Translations under genes and position numbers: made by a program
Part shown: piece by piece, positions 59,045 to 64,000 of the stretch
Layout of the letters: each line of letters begins with the position of its first letter
How positions within the stretch are numbered: position 1 is the first letter of the stretch
Assembly (NCBI GenBank): GCA_010093745.1
Contig: MU005958.1
Span: 1 to 64,000, forward strand
Reading direction: 5' to 3'
Length of the DNA stretch: 64,000 nt
Source of the DNA: Piedraia hortae CBS 480.64
Lineage: Eukaryota
The notes under the pieces: model-generated
What the model saw: only the letters and a program-made list of their open reading frames with translations
Database searches by the model: none
What the model was told of the DNA's origin: nothing

Positions 59045-59451
59045 TCCGGGGAAGACGCTGACTTGAAGGTTTACCAGTTTTAATTCTGGTGAAAGATGAA
59101 ACAGGCATATGCGCGATTGAGAGCCAGCGCCATGTGGCTTCGAAAGAAAGGCTGATTACATTGCTACTGCTACTCGCGACCTTGTGTTTAATACAGTGAC
59201 TGTTGTGGGCCAGAGAGGTTGAAACTCTAATTGACATCTGACAGCGATACTGGTGGTGGGCTCTTGGAGAAAGAATGTAGAAAGGATCGTGGAAGAAACC
59301 AAAGTTCCCCTCTTGGCAGCACGACCTCACTCACGACCAGATTGGGACACGCGACTTGACTCACCACCAGATCTGGCTAGACCGAGCGCGCAACTTCACT
59401 CAGACCCGACCCTTTGCGAGCCAGTCCTCAACGCTCTCTCTTTGCACAAAC

Positions 59452-62232
59452 ATGGACCAAGACCAGTTGCCAAAGACCGACTTGGAGACATGGCAGATAA
59501 TCATCACCAACGCTCGCATGCGCTCTTTGCGGCCCGAACAGTTCGCAGGAGCCATCAAGGAGCTCAAGCACAAGCATCGTATACCGCGCGCAGCCCGAGC
59601 CAAGGCGCTTGTTGGACTTCAGACACACGCGTCAGGTGGCGAGGGTTCGATTTTGGCAACATACGCAGAGTACTTTCTGCTTCAACGTGTTTTCAACGTC
59701 CAGGATCTGCTGATGGCCATGCTGGCCAACTCACGCTGGGTTGGCACCAGAGAACACGCGTCGTTTGAAGCGCAGGACCCGACGCAGTATTGCCAGTCAT
59801 TTGAGGAACGCATGTTCAGGATGATTACACGCATCGTTTCCCAGGGCAAACTCGTGTTGCTGCCTCAGGATCTCTATGGCGTCGCGCAAGCCCTGTACAA
59901 GTGGCTTTTGTGCATGGTGGACCAGGAATCGCAGAGACAGGAGCCGCACGAGTACCCTTATCTCCATAAAGGCGTCTGTGAGTCGCTCGGCGAGATGGCC
60001 TTTACCGTCTTGGGCCACAAGAGCTTCAGAGCCGTCAGCAGACAGTCATGGTGGAAGAGATACCAGAGCCTCATGGTAGAGCAAATGATCAACTACGAAC
60101 TGCATGTGCTACCAGCTGCGCAGACCCCTAACTTGATGAGTCTTACCAGAAGAGTTCCGTTTGTCCAGATGGATGAGAACAACCGTCCAGTGTGCACAAA
60201 AGAAAACCTGGCTGAGGTGATTGACGACCTTCCCCTTTGCAACGCACCAGCAGCTTCATACGTCATGCTCTCGGCCTGCTTCTATGGCAGATGGCCCTTT
60301 GATGATGCAAAATTGCTGGGCTATTTCAACGCGCGTTTGGTCCAGGGCCAGACTTATTTTGGCGAGGAGCTCCTGACAAGGTCGTTTGATCTACTCAACG
60401 GCGCGCTGCTGCACAAGGATCCGCCTCACCGCGTGTTTGCAGTGCGGTCCTTTATTTGCAACAAGCTGCCGTTGCTTCTGCAGGCGATCGAGCGCCATCT
60501 GATGCTCCAGTCCAGCTTCCAAGTGACGATTATGCAACTCAGCATTTTAGACTCCGAGGCGCCCAGTGAGATGCTAAAGCAGACTCGCCTAGATTTTCAG
60601 CAGGCTTGTGCTTTGCATGGTCTCATCGACGACAGCGTATTGCCCAATAAGTCGCATAGGCTGGTCAAGGGCATGCTTGTAGCTCAAGTCACCGAGGACA
60701 TTGGAAAGCTCGAGTCTGTTGTCAAAGAGTTATCTAGTATGCAAGGAAACGCCGGAGCGGCAGCACAGTGCATTGTCCAGCTCATCGAGGACTTTGCCGG
60801 CAGGCAAGACACTGCATCCCTAGCAGCTGTCTGCAACGCCCTAGTCCGCCGAATGCCCGAAGTGGACATTATCCTCCAGCACGACCAACCCACACAACTC
60901 CTCCAACCCCTCATCAGAGCCCTCAACAACTGGACACTAGACCCCGACCAGCTGGAATTCATCCAATCTTATGAAGAATACGCTTCGATCCTCCTCTTCA
61001 CATTCGCCGTTATCCACCGCTACGAACTCACTCAATCCGTCGTCCAAGAGGGGGAGTTCATCTTCACCATCCTCCACCAAAATAGCCCAACGACCCTCAA
61101 CCCAGTCCAACAGGCACACCTAGCAAAATGGTCCACCGGCCTCTTCTCAGCCGACGAATCGGGCGAAACCAGCGGAATCGGCGACGACGTATTGTCCCAA
61201 CACTCACCCCAAGAGTTATACAAACTGGTTCCGTCTTTGCTAGATCAGAGCATTACCGCCTGTCGCATGAGCCAGCTGCCAATGCAGACGTTGAAGAGCG
61301 GCCTCGAACTCCTAGCGGAACCTTTCCTCCTCCCATCGCTCGTCATAATCCTAAACTGCATAACGCGACGGTTAAAGCAGCACAGGGATTTCAATATCAT
61401 CGTCCCACTCCTCGACAAAATTTTCACGCAGACGGGGGAGCCACATGCCGCTGTGCTGAGGATCTGTGCAGACTTGTTGACGAATGCCCTCTGGGAGTTG
61501 GGAATCAAGACGCCGGTGGTAGGGAGGTTTATGGAACGGCTGAGACCGTACACCAACCAGACCGCGCGAGGCAACACTAGCGAGCAGAGCATCTCCATCA
61601 CGCAAAACTGGAGGGCTGAGATGGGAGAGACGTTCCGCGCGCTTATATCCTGGGAGTCGAATACACCGCCACCACACTACTCCCCCCGCCAACTCTTCCT
61701 TACCGTGCGTTCATTAGGCGCGAACGCTGTGCTCAAAGTACTAATCGAAGAAGCTTCTTCGTCGCAAGGAATCGACCTCATGGCGAACATTCTCTGTGCA
61801 CCTGGTGGGGAGGCGCTTCGCGCGGAGTTGCAGACACAGATGGAGGATCTACGGGGTTTGCTGGATATGAGGAGCAGCCATGCCGCTGCGGTTGTGAGGA
61901 TGCATAGACGGGTTGAGGCCATGCTTGCTACGCCCCCGATGGAACTCAGGTTTGAGGAGATTATTTTGCCAACGGAGGATGCGGGTGTTGAGATTGTGGG
62001 GCTGGATGTGGGCGATGGGCTCCCTGTGGATGATGTCCTCGCTGGGGGAGATATCCTTCCAGAAGGTGATATTCTCCTCCCTGAGGCAGAGCAGCAACAG
62101 GATGGGACGATGGCGCAGCAGCAGACACTCCAGCAGACGCAGGACCAACAGGTCGATTCGAACATCGAGGATGATATCTTTGGCGATGACATGTTTGATT
62201 CGCTTGAGAAGTATGATGGGTTCTCGAATTGA
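59452..62232 (+). CDS. MED5: Mediator subunit Med5/Nut1
   Basis: VRSFICNKLPLLL, DFQQACALHGL, MQGNAGA, YEEYASILL, GLELLAEPFLLPSL; acidic tail. Confidence 0.85.
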   Translation: MDQDQLPKTDLETWQIIITNARMRSLRPEQFAGAIKELKHKHRIPRAARAKALVGLQTHASGGEGSILATYAEYFLLQRVFNVQDLLMAMLANSRWVGTREHASFEAQDPTQYCQSFEERMFRMITRIVSQGKLVLLPQDLYGVAQALYKWLLCMVDQESQRQEPHEYPYLHKGVCESLGEMAFTVLGHKSFRAVSRQSWWKRYQSLMVEQMINYELHVLPAAQTPNLMSLTRRVPFVQMDENNRPVCTKENLAEVIDDLPLCNAPAASYVMLSACFYGRWPFDDAKLLGYFNARLVQGQTYFGEELLTRSFDLLNGALLHKDPPHRVFAVRSFICNKLPLLLQAIERHLMLQSSFQVTIMQLSILDSEAPSEMLKQTRLDFQQACALHGLIDDSVLPNKSHRLVKGMLVAQVTEDIGKLESVVKELSSMQGNAGAAAQCIVQLIEDFAGRQDTASLAAVCNALVRRMPEVDIILQHDQPTQLLQPLIRALNNWTLDPDQLEFIQSYEEYASILLFTFAVIHRYELTQSVVQEGEFIFTILHQNSPTTLNPVQQAHLAKWSTGLFSADESGETSGIGDDVLSQHSPQELYKLVPSLLDQSITACRMSQLPMQTLKSGLELLAEPFLLPSLVIILNCITRRLKQHRDFNIIVPLLDKIFTQTGEPHAAVLRICADLLTNALWELGIKTPVVGRFMERLRPYTNQTARGNTSEQSISITQNWRAEMGETFRALISWESNTPPPHYSPRQLFLTVRSLGANAVLKVLIEEASSSQGIDLMANILCAPGGEALRAELQTQMEDLRGLLDMRSSHAAAVVRMHRRVEAMLATPPMELRFEEIILPTEDAGVEIVGLDVGDGLPVDDVLAGGDILPEGDILLPEAEQQQDGTMAQQQTLQQTQDQQVDSNIEDDIFGDDMFDSLEKYDGFSN

Positions 62233-62647
62233 GGGAGTCGGTATAGGAGCAATATGCTGTGAAAAGACTAATGACTATAATGTGTTCTGCTCTGTTTCTG
62301 TCTTGATCTCACTTCGTATGGAAATGTGCCGGTAACTGAATATTGGCTTTTAGGTGCGTGGTGGGTTTCCATCTAGAGTGCAATTAGACTTAACTATTCT
62401 ATCTGTGCATTCAAATTTAATTCTGTGGGAAGACTTCCGAGGAACACCGAGGGAGATGGACAAATACAGACACCACTGTAAACAGCAAGAGCAGGCAATT
62501 CCATTGTGACCGTACATCTACCATGACCTGATCTCAACCTGCTGGAAACTGGAGACCGTTCCGGGTGGAAGCGAGAGGCCACCCCATAGCATCCAGCAAA
62601 GGCAACAACATTTGCCACCATCGCACAATCCCCTTCAGCAACCCCGC

Positions 62648-63514
62648 CTAAAAATGCTGAATCTGCAATCCAGCATCTAACGCGTCAGCCTTCCCCCTTC
62701 CTCCCTTCAATCAACTCACCAACAACAACCGCCTGCCCCGTCATAGCCGTATTCCTCGCCAACATCAAGTAAGCATCCGCACACTCCTTTACATCCGTCT
62801 CTTTTTTCAGCACAGCCTGTCCCTTCAACTCCTCTACTTTATCACCGTACCTCAGCCCCCACTCCGTCAACAACAGCCCAGGACAGATGGCATTAACCCT
62901 CACCTTCGGCCCCATCGCCAGCGCCAAACACTTGACGAGATGGACCTGCGCAGCCTTGGTAACGCTATAAGCCATACAACTCCCCGAGAGGCTTACCCCC
63001 GCTACAGACGATGTGACCAATACAAACCCTCCTTCCTCCAACCCCTCAAAATGATGTCGTGCCTGTTTCGCAAGCTCAAGCGGGGCTTTCACATTAACCG
63101 CGAAGCATGCATCCCAATCGCCCTCCTCAAGCGCATTCAAATCCCCAAAGGGGGCGAATTTTGTATACCCCGCGTTGGCGATTATGCCATCCAACGCACC
63201 CAGTTCGCGGAGGGTGGAGTGCACGAGTTCAGCGCAGGCAGAGGTGGAGCTGCAATCTCCCCTCAGCAGGGTGAATTTCTGGTCGGGATGGCTGCTTTGC
63301 AGTTCAGCGAGGAGGGATTCCGCTGGACCCGTCGAGGAGGCGTAGTTGATCGCGAGGTTGCAGCCCGCGGAGGCGAAGGCGCGGCTTAGTTCTGCGCCGA
63401 GGCCGCTGGGGAAGGGGTGGGTTAGGAAGGATGGTAGGGATGCTTCGCGGGGAGGAAGACGAACCGGCTGCCGCCTGTGATTAGGAGGGTGCGGTTTGTG
63501 AGAGTGTAGGGCAT
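62648..63514 (-). CDS. Short-chain dehydrogenase/reductase (two introns)
   Basis: LITGGSR|GLG, IANAG, AYSVTK (YxxxK), RVNAICPG, MTGQAVVVDAG. Confidence 0.9.
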
Positions 63515-63636
63515 GGCTGGCTATAAGCTACCGGGGGGGGGGTAGCTGGGATGTGGTTGCATTGCCGAACCGCGGCTATGTCGCGACCCCTCACACTGGC
63601 TGGGATATAAAACCTTCTGCGACGAGCAAGTCGTTG

Positions 63637-64000
63637 ATGATGGCGGCTGTGGGTGAGTTTTTGCGATATGTTTGATGGATGGGTAGGCTGATGGTGCAGC
63701 GCTCGCGAGCGGAGTCGCTGCCGCGGCGTATCTCGATGGAAAATACCAGTTGCGACGCGATTTGCATGTCATATGGAGGCTGAAAAAAGCCGAGTGGGCT
63801 TGGAAGAAGGCCGTCAAGGAAGATAGGGTCTCGCCGTGGTATCTGCTCCACGATGTCACGCTGCGCCAGCCTGATGATCGCGCGATCTGGACTCGTGAAA
63901 GGACATGGACGTACAGAGAGCTTTGCGACGAGACGATGCGGTATGCGCAGTGGCTGCTTGATCAGGGCGTGCGCCCAGGGGAACTCGTGGGCGTGTATCT
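63637..64000 (+). CDS. FAT1: Very-long-chain fatty acyl-CoA synthetase / fatty acid transport protein, 5' part only (intron about 63653-63699)
   Basis: Spliced N-terminus ..AAAAYLDGKYQLRRDL..AIWTRERTWTYREL..RYAQWLLDQGVRPGELVG, typical of fungal FATPs; truncated by the window end. Confidence 0.8.

Overview
This window is eukaryotic DNA from a filamentous ascomycete (Pezizomycotina). A Chaetothyriales/Eurotiomycetes-like source is an inference from gene content and style. The genome is very compact, with GT-AG introns mostly 39-55 nt long and some intergenic gaps of 50 bp or less. Most of the window (2.8-12.7 kb and 21.3-64 kb) is housekeeping genes: ACO2, SFM1, CDC10, MRPL32, SKI8, CUE5, GLE2, PTC5, RPL31, PNKP, RIB5, CCE1, CCZ1, BUD6, NMNAT, PBP1, MED5, FAT1-like and others, plus an intron-containing tRNA-Phe. 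Two accessory, repeat-rich stretches (1-2.6 kb and about 13-21.3 kb) carry decayed mobile DNA. The most notable observations are: (1) a three-gene putative cell-surface glycan module (GT32 transferase, acyltransferase-3, beta-mannosyltransferase/GH130-like propeller); (2) a 124-bp LTR-like element with a 5-bp target-site duplication inserted in frame into a secreted His-1 protein gene, with a 100% identical partial copy at the window start; (3) a ~147-bp higher-order repeat array that turns into inverted hairpin units near the tRNA; (4) two divergent genes (CCE1 and CCZ1) whose ATGs overlap in one CATG; (5) an ACO2 apparently without a mitochondrial presequence, 49 bp from a divergent gene. 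All family assignments come from motif recognition by eye; no database searches were run.
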